Shown: positions 15,582 to 26,055, counted from the first letter of the stretch. The stretch: DNA of 64,000 bases from a virus (IMGVR_UViG_3300035698_035359:26260-90259), one strand, 5' to 3'. Notes: generated from the sequence alone by a model not told the origin. Numbers and translations are program-made.

Positions 15582-17495
15582 ATGGCAATTAAGAAAGCCT
15601 CGCCAGCACTTCGGTGGTTAGTAGATATGATGGATTTTATGAGTAGAGATTCTATAAAAGTACCATCAGATTATAGACCTCAAGTGTTAGAAGTTAAAGC
15701 ATTATTAAAGCAAGACCCATCTGGGTTGGCTAGTACATTACTTGACTTAGCTATTTCTTCTGCAGCAGATGTGGATTATAGAATTGAAACTAGCAACGAT
15801 TCATTAGATGATTTATTGAATTCGTGGTTAGGTGATATAAATTTTGCTCTAAGAGGCAAAATTCCAACAGGAATAGAAAATTTATCCAAAGAATATTATA
15901 GAGAAAGATGGAAGGGTTCTTCCTTTTTACTATTGAGAACTTTTTGGGAAGATGTAGGTGGATATAATTTACCTACAAAGCTATATTTTCTTGATGGAGA
16001 AGATATTGTGGTATCTGATAATAAGGAATCTGTTATATTAGGTGATGAAAAATATAAATTAAGAATTAGTAAAAATAAAAGTATTGCGCTTCCTTCTAGA
16101 AAGAATGAAGTAATTTTTATTCAAAAACCCTATGATTCTTGGGGAACGTCTTATTCTACTCCTTTTCTTATTCAGCGTGGAATATTTGAAAATGTTAAAT
16201 TTTTAGAATTATTAGGTAAAAAGGGACAAGATGTTGTTGGTAAAGCTCTTGAATATTTATTAACTATGAAAAAAGGAACAGAAGGATTGTTTTTAGAAGG
16301 GCATATTGGTTATAGTGCCGATGAGTTAGCAATAGCTAAAGAAGATTTCCAAAAAATTATATCGGATAGAAAAACTCAAGCGGGTACACCTAGTTATGTG
16401 TCTAATTTTGATACAGAAATAGAACATTTGATACCTGAATATAAGAAAATTTTAGATGGAGTTTTATATGCTCCTATTGAAAAAAGAATTTTGGCTGGAA
16501 TAGGTCTTGTAGATATTGTGCAAGGTGCTGCTTCAACTAGAAGAGAATCTACTTTAAACCCTAAACCTTTTATAGGTGAAATCAATAGTGGGGTTAGTGA
16601 TTTTAAATCTTTACTTAAAGACATAATGTTAACTATGGTTGAACGAAATAAAAATAAACATCCGAAATATTTTAAAAATACTCAAATAGAAAAAATTAGA
16701 ACTACTTCTTTAAAAATCTTTCTTAGCGATGATGATAAAGTTATGTTTAGAAGTATGTATGATAGAGGTGCTATATCTAAACAAACTTTTGTAGAAATGA
16801 CAGGAGACGTTGATTATACATTAGAAGTTGAAAGAAGAAAAGCTGAAAAGACACGTGGAGAAGAAAAAACTATGTTCCCACCTGTTACACAGAACTTAGA
16901 GCAGAATAGTAATGTTAAAGATTTTCCAGATACGAAAACAAAAGATGTAAATGACAATGAGGTTCCAGATGATAGAACTGGACCTGAAACTAAAAACTTT
17001 TCTGGTGTTTTAGAAGAAACTAAATGTCCACATTGTTCTGAAATATTTGATTATGAATCACAGAAAGAAATTACAGTAGGCTCAGTTGCATGCCCTAAAT
17101 GTCAGAAAGAAGTAACAAAAGCTTCTATATTGGAATTAGCTAAAAAGAAATATGAGGAAGCACCTTATACCTTAAAGAAATATCCTGCGCAACTAAAAAA
17201 CATACCTGCAAAGGCTAGAGAAATTTGGATTAAAACTTTTAATGAAGTTCTAAAGCAAACTAATAGCGAAACTACTGCAAGACAGTCTGCTTGGAGAAAT
17301 GTTAAATTAAAATATAAGAAGGTTGAGGATAAATGGACAAGAAAGACTAAGAGCGAAGTTGAGAAATCAGTTAAAGAATTGGATATTGAAAAATTGGTAG
17401 ACTTAGCAAAATTAGAAATTCTTGGCAAACAAAACAAGTTACTAGACCAAATTATAAAAGAAAATGAAGTTTCAGACTCAAGTGAGGTAGAATAA
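15582..17495 (+). CDS. portal protein with C-terminal zinc ribbon and ChaB-like domain
   Basis: follows terL; CPHC...CPKC; NIPAKAREIWIKTFNEV...ARQSAWRNVKLKYKK...W resembles ChaB. Confidence 0.7.
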   Translation: MAIKKASPALRWLVDMMDFMSRDSIKVPSDYRPQVLEVKALLKQDPSGLASTLLDLAISSAADVDYRIETSNDSLDDLLNSWLGDINFALRGKIPTGIENLSKEYYRERWKGSSFLLLRTFWEDVGGYNLPTKLYFLDGEDIVVSDNKESVILGDEKYKLRISKNKSIALPSRKNEVIFIQKPYDSWGTSYSTPFLIQRGIFENVKFLELLGKKGQDVVGKALEYLLTMKKGTEGLFLEGHIGYSADELAIAKEDFQKIISDRKTQAGTPSYVSNFDTEIEHLIPEYKKILDGVLYAPIEKRILAGIGLVDIVQGAASTRRESTLNPKPFIGEINSGVSDFKSLLKDIMLTMVERNKNKHPKYFKNTQIEKIRTTSLKIFLSDDDKVMFRSMYDRGAISKQTFVEMTGDVDYTLEVERRKAEKTRGEEKTMFPPVTQNLEQNSNVKDFPDTKTKDVNDNEVPDDRTGPETKNFSGVLEETKCPHCSEIFDYESQKEITVGSVACPKCQKEVTKASILELAKKKYEEAPYTLKKYPAQLKNIPAKAREIWIKTFNEVLKQTNSETTARQSAWRNVKLKYKKVEDKWTRKTKSEVEKSVKELDIEKLVDLAKLEILGKQNKLLDQIIKENEVSDSSEVE

Positions 17496-17788
17496 TGAAA
17501 ATTCAGACTAAAGACGGTAAAAATTTAGGAGATACAATTCCTCTAGGAATAGTAGAAGCTGGTAAATCAAAAGAGTTTGAATTTATTATTTTTAATAATG
17601 AGTCTCTTGCTCAGGTTAGCGATATTAAAATAGAAATTGCTCATAAAGAAGTTGAAATATTGGATTATCCTAAAGAGCTAAAACCAAATAATAGTGGAAT
17701 TTTGCGAATCCTATGGAGTCCAAATCTAACTGTAAAACAAGGATTAAAAACAACTATTAAATTAACTGCTAAAGAATTATATATGTAG
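17495..17788 (+). CDS. small beta-rich (Ig-like) virion protein candidate
   Basis: coupled to portal stop; alternating hydrophobic strands. Confidence 0.55.
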   Translation: MKIQTKDGKNLGDTIPLGIVEAGKSKEFEFIIFNNESLAQVSDIKIEIAHKEVEILDYPKELKPNNSGILRILWSPNLTVKQGLKTTIKLTAKELYM

Positions 17789-17800
17789 GGGATAAAAAAT

Positions 17801-20281
17801 ATGGCAGATAGTAGAGACTTTCAATTTCATCCTGACTTAACTGGAGCACAACTTCATATTCCTAAAGTACATATTACTACTCACTATCCTGGAGGCAGTG
17901 ACCCAATGGATTACAGTGCTATGACTTTTTCAGCTTCTGGGATGTCAGCTATAACTTTGCAAGGTGCAATAGAAGAAGCTTTTAATAGTGGTAGTTCTGG
18001 TGCAACTTGGGGAAGTATTATTGGTACTTTGGCAAGTCAAACTGATTTGCAAGTAGCTTTAGATGCTAAAGAAGATGATATAACAGCAGGAACCACTGCT
18101 CAATATTGGAGAGGCGATAAAAGCTGGCAAACATTAAATACTTCGATAGTTCCAGAAAGTACTAACCTTTATTACACGCAAGCTAGATTTGATACTGCAT
18201 TTGGTTTAAAATCTACTGCGGATTTAGCTGAACTAACAAATCTTTACTATACTGATGCAAGAGCTAGGGTTGCAATATCTGAAACTGTTGTAGGTTTAGA
18301 TTATAATAGTTCTACTGGAATTTTATCTTTAACCACTGGCTATGTAATCCCAACAACTACAGAAGAAGCAAATTGGAATGACGCATATGGTAAAAGAGTA
18401 GATACTTGGGGGAATGGATTAGCTTACTCATCTCAAGTTGCTAGTGTAGATTATAATACTACAAATTTAAAAATAACTTCGGAGCAGTTAAATACTATAC
18501 AAGATATAGCAACTTCTTCAAGTCCAACATTTAGTTCTTTGACAATAAGCACTGCACCAACAGAAGATGGTCATGCAACCCGCAAAGATTGGGTTCTTGC
18601 TCAGATAGCTACTGAAAATCTTTGGGATAGAGAATCAGGTGCAGTTTTAGTTCCACATACTGCAAATGATAATATTAACATTGGTTCAGGTGGATTTACC
18701 ACCACAGGTCTTGTAGATTTAGGTTCTCTTGTAGTAGATACTACTACTCTGGTAGTTAATGCCACGGGGTATGCTGATAAAGTTGGAATAGGTACAGCTA
18801 CACCAAGCGCAGAATTAGATGTAATAGGTAATACCGAAATAAGTGGCTATGTACGAATAGGCACTGATACAACATATGAAACTTTCTATCAAGAAGAAGG
18901 CGATTTGTATTCAGGCAGTGGTAAAGCTTATTTTGGGTCAGGTTTAAATACAGTAGCAGAACGATATGGTGTAGGACTTCAAATAAGAGAGCAGACTTTA
19001 ACTAAAACTCTTGTTTATGACATAGACGCTACATTCACAGCAGCTACAGGAACAGTATATAAATCAGGGCAAACCTTTGTTTCTAATGGAGTGGTAATAG
19101 GTGATTTCCTTGTAGTTACTAATGCAAACGATACTTCATACATAGGTTCAACAGGTGAAATAATATCAGTTACACAAGAAACTATTGTAGTTAATATAGC
19201 TGCTGCTGGAACAGATGTGCCAAGTGATTTAACAGACTTTGACTTTGTAGTATTAAATCACCCTATATGCTCAATATTAGACAATGGAGATATTCACTTT
19301 AAGGTAGGTGTATCTTCTACCGCAGGATTTCATATATTAAGCCCTACTGGTGCTTCTGAATGTGCTTTATTTTTTGACCTAACTACAGGAGTAGCTGGAC
19401 ACAATGGTATATGTATTGACTTTGATGCAGTAACTTTTGGGGGAACATCAGCCATAGGTTTAAATTATGATGCTTCTTCATTTAGTGCATCCGATACAAT
19501 AGGAACTGGAATAGATGTTGTAGTAAATAATACTGGCGCAACAAACGGTGATATGCACGTTATAGATGTTGCTTTATCAGACCCTACCAATACCAGTCTT
19601 GAAGTAGAAGCGATAGCAACAGGTGAAGGAGTAGATGTAATAGGACAATATTTAGGAGACCCTGCAGCACTTGACGCTGGTTTTTCTTATGACACAAGTA
19701 TTTATAATGATAGAACAGTAGCTTTTAATTCAGCAGGTACAGATGTTCAGATATTTGTTTCACAGAATGATTACATATACTTAGCAGCAACCTCTAAGTG
19801 GGACCAAATAAATGTAGCATTAGCAATTCAAGCAAGTCATAATATTATACCTACTTTTGAATATGTAGAAACTGATGGAGGTTGGGTAGTATTTACACCA
19901 GCTGATGATACTAATGGTTTCCAACAAAATGGAGCAATAAGATTTGAATCTGATAATCTTACAACTTGGGGACAAAGAACAGTTTTTCAAGTTACAGGAA
20001 AAGTAGGAGCAATAAATTACTATTGGATAAGGATAAGAAGAACAAGAAAAATCTTACCTACTCCACCAACGGAAGATACTATACAGCTTACTACTCTAGG
20101 TGCTAAGTTCTACTGGAATAAAACAGGAGATACTTTTCAGAATACAATGGCTGTAACAGATGGGGTAACTGCTCCTTCTAATGTTACAGGACAAGCAATA
20201 ATTTATGTAGATACTGCAGATGGAGATTTAAAGGTTAAATTCGCAGATGGTCATGTAGCAACAATAGCAAGTGATAGCTAG
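17801..20281 (+). CDS. large virion fibre/decoration protein in head module
   Basis: T/S/G-rich; WGSIIGTLASQTDLQ, ESTNLYYT repeats, VGIGTATPSAELDV fibre motifs. Confidence 0.75.
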   Translation: MADSRDFQFHPDLTGAQLHIPKVHITTHYPGGSDPMDYSAMTFSASGMSAITLQGAIEEAFNSGSSGATWGSIIGTLASQTDLQVALDAKEDDITAGTTAQYWRGDKSWQTLNTSIVPESTNLYYTQARFDTAFGLKSTADLAELTNLYYTDARARVAISETVVGLDYNSSTGILSLTTGYVIPTTTEEANWNDAYGKRVDTWGNGLAYSSQVASVDYNTTNLKITSEQLNTIQDIATSSSPTFSSLTISTAPTEDGHATRKDWVLAQIATENLWDRESGAVLVPHTANDNINIGSGGFTTTGLVDLGSLVVDTTTLVVNATGYADKVGIGTATPSAELDVIGNTEISGYVRIGTDTTYETFYQEEGDLYSGSGKAYFGSGLNTVAERYGVGLQIREQTLTKTLVYDIDATFTAATGTVYKSGQTFVSNGVVIGDFLVVTNANDTSYIGSTGEIISVTQETIVVNIAAAGTDVPSDLTDFDFVVLNHPICSILDNGDIHFKVGVSSTAGFHILSPTGASECALFFDLTTGVAGHNGICIDFDAVTFGGTSAIGLNYDASSFSASDTIGTGIDVVVNNTGATNGDMHVIDVALSDPTNTSLEVEAIATGEGVDVIGQYLGDPAALDAGFSYDTSIYNDRTVAFNSAGTDVQIFVSQNDYIYLAATSKWDQINVALAIQASHNIIPTFEYVETDGGWVVFTPADDTNGFQQNGAIRFESDNLTTWGQRTVFQVTGKVGAINYYWIRIRRTRKILPTPPTEDTIQLTTLGAKFYWNKTGDTFQNTMAVTDGVTAPSNVTGQAIIYVDTADGDLKVKFADGHVATIASDS

Positions 20282-20290
20282 GAGAATTGA

Positions 20291-20974
20291 ATGTCTTTCT
20301 ATGAATTTGAATATGTATATACTACCACAAATCAAGAAATAAAAACTACTGATAATAAAATTGTTGTTTTAACAGCAACTCCATTAGGTGTAGCTGGTGG
20401 TGGAAGTATAACACGTTACCCCAAAACCAAGAAAGAAGTTGAACTGAAATTAGATTTAGAAGGAATAAAGGCTTTTCAGTTAATGCTAACTATTTCTTTA
20501 ATTGGAACCAAACAGATTTTAGTTGAAAAATTATTAGAGATTATAGGTCAAATATTAACTCAAGAAACTACAGAATTATCAATAGAAGGTATTTCTAGCA
20601 CAATTATTGATATTGATAAAGAGATAGAAGGTGCAGTTTCTAAAGATATTATTAATTTAGATTTTTTATCTGGTATAGTTAAGAGTATCTTTAAACAAAA
20701 TGTTGAGTTAGAAGGTATTAAATCAAAAGATGTAAGTGTTATAAAATTTATGATAGGAGTTTCTAAAGTAGATTCTGGTTTAGTTAAAATTCTAGTTGGT
20801 GGGCAAAAAGTTGATGCAGAATTAATTACTTCAATTATAGGTTCTAAAGCCTTTTCAATTGGACTACATAAAATAGTTTCTGGGATTAAGAGTAGTAAAA
20901 CAAACTTAAAACTGGGAATCCAAGGAAAAAGAGATATTCGAAAGATAATATTGTCTCTTTTTGATGTTGACTAA
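20291..20974 (+). CDS. hypothetical structural protein with periodic G repeats
   Basis: ~15-residue periodic (L/I)xG(I/V)K pattern. Confidence 0.6.
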   Translation: MSFYEFEYVYTTTNQEIKTTDNKIVVLTATPLGVAGGGSITRYPKTKKEVELKLDLEGIKAFQLMLTISLIGTKQILVEKLLEIIGQILTQETTELSIEGISSTIIDIDKEIEGAVSKDIINLDFLSGIVKSIFKQNVELEGIKSKDVSVIKFMIGVSKVDSGLVKILVGGQKVDAELITSIIGSKAFSIGLHKIVSGIKSSKTNLKLGIQGKRDIRKIILSLFDVD

Positions 20975-20995
20975 TTTATTAAGGAGAAATAAAAC

Positions 20996-22885
20996 ATGAA
21001 AAGTAAAATAGAGATTTTTTTGGAGGATATGTCACTTAATACCACCTATGAATTTTTGGAATATGGAAAAGATAAATCTGAATTAGATAAGATAGCTAAA
21101 AAAAGAGGTATCAAGCTACCAGCTAAAGATTTAGCAGTTTTTAAAGGAACATATGCTTATACTGACCGAACAAATAAAAACGGTTGTATGTTAGTTAAAT
21201 CAGAGGTTGAAAAATCTTTGGATACGTTAGTTGGTAAAGCAGTTGACTTTGACCATTTCCGAGAAAATGTAGTGGGGAATTTTTTAGAGGCAACATTAAT
21301 TGATGATGAAATAATTTGTTATGGAACCTTTTATAAAGGTAATTTTCCAAAAGATTATGAGCTAGTCCAAAAATTAATGAAAAATGGTAATCTAGGAATA
21401 TCCTTTGAAGCTTGGGGAGATAAAGAATTTACCAATGATGCTATGACAGAATATAATTTGAATGGAATAGAATGGGCAGGAGGAGCTTTACTTATTAAAG
21501 AAGACCCTGCATTTGATGGTGCTGGAGTATTAGAGATGGCATCAGAAGAAAAAACTGAAGTTTTAGAGCTTGCAAAAGTTATGATTAAGCCAGCTAATTT
21601 TGTATTAGGTACAAAACCTGAAGAAGCAGCTTATAAATGTTCTTGTGTTGATTGTGGTCATGTAGTTACTAGTAAAGAGCATTGTAATACTCTGAAATGT
21701 TCTAAATGTGGTGGGTCTATGAGACGAGCAGAAAGACCTGGTCCTGGGAAATCAGCCATAGAAGAAGCAAGATATTCAATGTATGATTATCAAGCAATAG
21801 AAAAGATTGTTAGTGAAGCTGAAAAGCCAAAAGGTGAAGAAAATAATTATACAGTAATTGAATCTATAAATTTTAAAACAGAAAAAGTTACTATAAGATA
21901 TGAACCTAGTAATACTGTTGCTGAAATAGATTTAAGTATTAAACCAAAAGTTAAAGTTATTAAAAAAGGTAAAGGAACATCTAATGCTGGAGAAGATACA
22001 GTTTCCGCTGAAGAGAGAGTTTTAGCATTATTTGAAGATGCTACAAAAACTGATGCAGAGATAGAAATTTTACTTGCTACTGAATTAGAATATGTAGATA
22101 GTGAGATTGAGGAAAGTAAAAGAATAGATAAAGAGAAAAAAAGTAAATTGACAGATAATCAATTTGCTGTAATAAAATCTTACACAACTAAAGCTGGTTT
22201 AAAAAGAAAGATAAAAATATTCTCCCTTCACGACCCAGCACATGTTCGCAATGCGTTAGATAAATTAGATACATCTAAAGTTAAAGCTATTTTGCGTAAG
22301 TTGGGTATTTCAATAGATAATGCGAGGGGAAAAATCTTGAAACAAGCGAGGAAATTAAATATGAAGGATTTACTTGAAAGATATGAAGGTTCTGATGAAG
22401 CTATTAGAGTTAAAATGTTTACTGAGATTGCAGAAGAAAATGCTAGTTTGAAGTTACAAATAGAAGCTAAAGATACTGAAATTGCTACTGCTAAAGATGA
22501 AGCAACTAAAAAAGATACTGAAATTGCTACAAAAGTTACTGAATTAGCTGATATCACTAAAGAAAAAGATGAAGCTATTACTGAAATTGCTAAAAGAGAT
22601 AAAGAGATTCAGGATGCTACGATTAAAGCTAGAAGAGAAGAACTAGGTGAAGAAGTTGCTAAAGATATGAAAGATGAAGATATACTTGATGATAGTAAAT
22701 ATAAGATTGCTAAGTTAGAAAAAGAAAATGCTGCTTTAAAAGATAAAGTTGGAGAAGAAAAACCTGAAGATGCTAATACAGATTTAACTAAAGGTAGTAA
22801 AGATAAAAATGCTGCAACAAAAATTTGGGATGCGCAAAAAAGAGTTAGTGATGGTGCTTTTGGAAAAGAAAATAACGCCCAATAA
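20996..22885 (+). CDS. prohead protease-scaffold fusion
   Basis: NKNG, VDFDH, ISFE, GGALL...PAF protease-like N-terminus; zinc ribbon; coiled-coil C-terminus; directly before capsid. Confidence 0.75.
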   Translation: MKSKIEIFLEDMSLNTTYEFLEYGKDKSELDKIAKKRGIKLPAKDLAVFKGTYAYTDRTNKNGCMLVKSEVEKSLDTLVGKAVDFDHFRENVVGNFLEATLIDDEIICYGTFYKGNFPKDYELVQKLMKNGNLGISFEAWGDKEFTNDAMTEYNLNGIEWAGGALLIKEDPAFDGAGVLEMASEEKTEVLELAKVMIKPANFVLGTKPEEAAYKCSCVDCGHVVTSKEHCNTLKCSKCGGSMRRAERPGPGKSAIEEARYSMYDYQAIEKIVSEAEKPKGEENNYTVIESINFKTEKVTIRYEPSNTVAEIDLSIKPKVKVIKKGKGTSNAGEDTVSAEERVLALFEDATKTDAEIEILLATELEYVDSEIEESKRIDKEKKSKLTDNQFAVIKSYTTKAGLKRKIKIFSLHDPAHVRNALDKLDTSKVKAILRKLGISIDNARGKILKQARKLNMKDLLERYEGSDEAIRVKMFTEIAEENASLKLQIEAKDTEIATAKDEATKKDTEIATKVTELADITKEKDEAITEIAKRDKEIQDATIKARREELGEEVAKDMKDEDILDDSKYKIAKLEKENAALKDKVGEEKPEDANTDLTKGSKDKNAATKIWDAQKRVSDGAFGKENNAQ

Positions 22886-22951
22886 AAATTAAGACTAATA
22901 AAAAAAGAAATAGATAATATAGAAATATTCTTAAAGGAGGATACAATAGAT

Positions 22952-23905
22952 ATGAGTCAAATTAATCAGTTAGAAGTATCTAGAATCATAGGTGAACCAT
23001 TAGACCCAAGAAAACCTTACCCTCATATAGTTGATGCTACATGTGACACCGATAGTGCTGAGCCTGAGGATTACATTTATTATTTTGATGTATTGGTAGA
23101 AGTAGAAAAGGTATATGTGATAACATCTAGTGGTGAAGTTACACAGGAGAGGGTAGACCCCGATACACCTGCTGCGTTGACGTTTGCTGATTTAGCTACA
23201 CCTGAGTATTACATTAAGTTGAATGATTATGCTTCAAGAAAAGAAAATGTTTTAGCTAGAAAGAAAAAAACAATAGAGAGAGCGTTGAATAGTTATGAAA
23301 ATTATCAGATTATAACTCTATTAGCTGCTGCTACAAGTTCGACTGGTAATGAAAATACACCGATTTCTGGAGCTGGAAGATTTAGATTTATTGATTTAGT
23401 TGCGATGGTTGAACAGGTACAGGATTATGGAGATGACTTAGCTCTTATTAATGGTGCATCTTGTGATAAAGATATAATTAGATGGAACTGGGATGATAAT
23501 AAAAATCAAAGTTTATCTGAAGCTCTTACAATGATGAATATAAAATCAAAGATTAGATTAAGTTTAGCTGGCTCTGCGCAAACTCTTAGAATTGCTGCTG
23601 ATACTTCTGGTGCGTCAGTTAGTACAACCGATGTATTAGGTTCAACACTGTCTTACCTTGTTGCTAGAGATACTGTGATGGGTAAACCATTGTTATTTGT
23701 TAGAAAGAAAATGGATAGTTTAAAAGAGTTAGGTGGATTGATTTATGAAGATGGTACACAACCTGAAAGATTAGTGTTTACGTCACCGAACCCTATTGTT
23801 GTTACTGGTTCTGCCCGTTATCTTGCGATAGCTGTAATTGGTTTTGAACAATATGCTGCTGCAACGAAAAATATTTATGCAATTTCTAAGTTTACAAGGT
23901 CTTGA
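22952..23905 (+). CDS. major capsid protein
   Basis: 317 aa, strong AAAGGAGG SD, follows scaffold, followed by a strong hairpin. Confidence 0.75.
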   Translation: MSQINQLEVSRIIGEPLDPRKPYPHIVDATCDTDSAEPEDYIYYFDVLVEVEKVYVITSSGEVTQERVDPDTPAALTFADLATPEYYIKLNDYASRKENVLARKKKTIERALNSYENYQIITLLAAATSSTGNENTPISGAGRFRFIDLVAMVEQVQDYGDDLALINGASCDKDIIRWNWDDNKNQSLSEALTMMNIKSKIRLSLAGSAQTLRIAADTSGASVSTTDVLGSTLSYLVARDTVMGKPLLFVRKKMDSLKELGGLIYEDGTQPERLVFTSPNPIVVTGSARYLAIAVIGFEQYAAATKNIYAISKFTRS

Positions 23906-23950
23906 TACTAAACGAGTTACGACAATTTTGATAAATAATCTTTAGATATA

Positions 23951-23976
23951 GGGGGAAGTAATAAAATACTTCCCCC
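23951..23976 (+). terminator. stem-loop after capsid gene (terminator or stabiliser)
   Basis: GGGGGAAGTA-ataaaa-TACTTCCCCC perfect 10 bp; no clear U tract. Confidence 0.6.
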
Positions 23977-24036
23977 CCAATGAAATCTAAACTTATAATT
24001 GAGAAACAAGTAACATAACCCCAAGAAAGCCACAAA

Positions 24037-24501
24037 ATGATAACAAAATTGAATCCATCTGACAAGAAAAAACATGTTGGAATAGTTGATTTTCTCGCTA
24101 ATAACTTTGACACTGATTTTTATATGACACATGAGAACAAACGTGTTTATATCACTAAAGAATATCAACTTAAAATATTGTTTGCTGAATCTCAAGATAT
24201 CTATATATTAGAGGAAGGTGGAGATTATTTAGGTTTGGCTCTTATTTGGGTTAGTTTGGGTGGAGAGAAGAAACGATATTATATAAAAATAAATGCAATA
24301 AACAAAGATGTTGCAGATGATTTATTAACTCAAATTTTATGGGATTATTCTGAAAAAGAGTTATTTGTAAAAATTAAAAAAAGCAATAAATTACTATCTA
24401 CATTTTATAGGAAAAATTTTAAGTTTTTAGGTGGAAGAGGTTCACAAATACTCTTGAATAGAAAAAATTTATTTAATAGGGAGAGAAAAAATAATGGCTG
24501 A
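24037..24501 (+). CDS. GNAT-fold-like hypothetical protein
   Basis: YLGLALIW...VADDLL...VKIKKSN..LSTFYRKNFKFLG resembles GNAT motif layout. Confidence 0.45.
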   Translation: MITKLNPSDKKKHVGIVDFLANNFDTDFYMTHENKRVYITKEYQLKILFAESQDIYILEEGGDYLGLALIWVSLGGEKKRYYIKINAINKDVADDLLTQILWDYSEKELFVKIKKSNKLLSTFYRKNFKFLGGRGSQILLNRKNLFNRERKNNG

Positions 24502-25063
24502 TACAACTTTATCAGATGTAACTACACTTGTCCGATATTTAATTGAGGACACTTCTACAAATAATCTTCCAGGGGATATTTTTGTGTATGCTAACAGTGC
24601 AGTATTTACTTTAACAGAAAGTAATGTGATTGAGGTAACACAAGTATTGGTCAATGATTCTTCACTCGGTTCTGGAGACTATTCATATGATGTTGATGAT
24701 AATTCTGTACAAGTAGTTAGTTCTTTGTCTTCAGGAGACACCATTGAGATACAATATTCTTATTATGCCAATTACAGTGATTCAATTATTCAAAACTACA
24801 TAAGAAGTGCGGTTATACATTTAAGTATTAATAATTATTATAATTTTGAAGTTGTATCAACAGGAATATACCCTGAACCATCTACAACTGAAAAGAATTT
24901 AATAGCAATGGTTGCTTCTTTGTTAATAAACCCTGGGAATCAATCAATCCGTTTACCTGATATTACAATTAATGTTCCTAATGATTTACCAACAAATACC
25001 AAAATTGCTAAAGTTATTAATGTTGCAAAGCATAACACAACTGGAATTTTTTCCTTGTTATGA
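24494..25063 (+). CDS. head-tail adaptor candidate
   Basis: LSDVTTLVRYLIED N-terminal helix, YSDS.IQNYI; position after capsid. Confidence 0.6.
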   Translation: MADTTLSDVTTLVRYLIEDTSTNNLPGDIFVYANSAVFTLTESNVIEVTQVLVNDSSLGSGDYSYDVDDNSVQVVSSLSSGDTIEIQYSYYANYSDSIIQNYIRSAVIHLSINNYYNFEVVSTGIYPEPSTTEKNLIAMVASLLINPGNQSIRLPDITINVPNDLPTNTKIAKVINVAKHNTTGIFSLL

Positions 25064-25157
25064 TGCCCAAAAAGAAAGTAGATAAAAGTGTAATATAAGA
25101 GCTAATTTCAATAAAGACTATTGGTTTTCTTATTTTACTTATATAATGGAAAATTAA
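25063..25157 (+). pseudogene. internally deleted HNH homing endonuclease relic
   Basis: MPKKKVD start then out-of-frame KCNIRANFNKDYWFSYFTYIMEN*, matching the C-terminus of HNH ORF 49711-50322. Confidence 0.8.
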
Positions 25158-25270
25158 AAGTTTTATAGACGCAATTAAAAGTATGGGAGGATAATATGAA
25201 GTAAGAATAATGTTCCGTAGGTGTAGCTAAAAAAATAAACGTAACTAAAAGTATGAAAAGGAGAAGTAAG

Positions 25271-25693
25271 ATGAATATGAATTTTTACCAAGCTTTAAGA
25301 AATTTTAATGGGGAAGCAATTAAAAGAGGACCAGAAACTTTATATATTTCAGATATGATATCAAATGCTCTAAGTGTTACTCAACCTAAAAACCCACAGA
25401 CTGATGCTATCAAACAGTATGATTTAGCTTTAAAAATATATAATGCAAGAGAAGCTTTAGATGTAAATGAAACAGATATAGTATTACTGAAAAGTGTTAT
25501 GTCTCAAAACGAGTTAAAATATACTGCTTTAATATTAGGACAAGTCTTTAAGGTATTAGATGGCAAAGAAATTGAACCTGCGTTGAAACCAAGTAAGCCA
25601 ATGCCACCTAAAGTGGAAGCAATAGTTAAAGAAGAAACAAAACCCGATACCGTTGAGGTGAAAGATAAAAAAGAAGAGAAAAAACCTGAATAA
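25271..25693 (+). CDS. hypothetical phage protein
   Basis: AAGGAG SD before MNMNF; Pro/Lys/Glu-rich tail. Confidence 0.65.
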   Translation: MNMNFYQALRNFNGEAIKRGPETLYISDMISNALSVTQPKNPQTDAIKQYDLALKIYNAREALDVNETDIVLLKSVMSQNELKYTALILGQVFKVLDGKEIEPALKPSKPMPPKVEAIVKEETKPDTVEVKDKKEEKKPE

Positions 25694-25706
25694 AGGTTAG
25701 AAAATA

Positions 25707-26039
25707 ATGTCATATCCAAGAATAAAATCTGTCAAATTTGAATCTTCTGGTCAATATACTAACATACCAAAACAAGCAGTTTTAGGAGATGCTATTAGAA
25801 TAACTGCAATAGTGAATTTAGCATCTGCCGATACTGCAAAGATTACTATTGATGACTCTGCTGAAACTGTAAAAGTCGATGCAGTCGCAATGACTAAAGC
25901 AGCGGATGGAGTTTATACCTATATTCTCCAAAGTGATGAAGATTGGGACTGTGGTACTTTTATTATAACTATAGAAATTAGTGATGGAACTAATACTGCT
26001 ACTCGTCAAGACAGAATAGAATTATTGGAGCAAGATTAG
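25707..26039 (+). CDS. Ig-like small virion protein
   Basis: ITIDD...MTKAADGVYTY...GTFIITIEISDG beta-sandwich pattern. Confidence 0.6.
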   Translation: MSYPRIKSVKFESSGQYTNIPKQAVLGDAIRITAIVNLASADTAKITIDDSAETVKVDAVAMTKAADGVYTYILQSDEDWDCGTFIITIEISDGTNTATRQDRIELLEQD

Positions 26040-26055
26040 TTAGGAGAATATTTTT

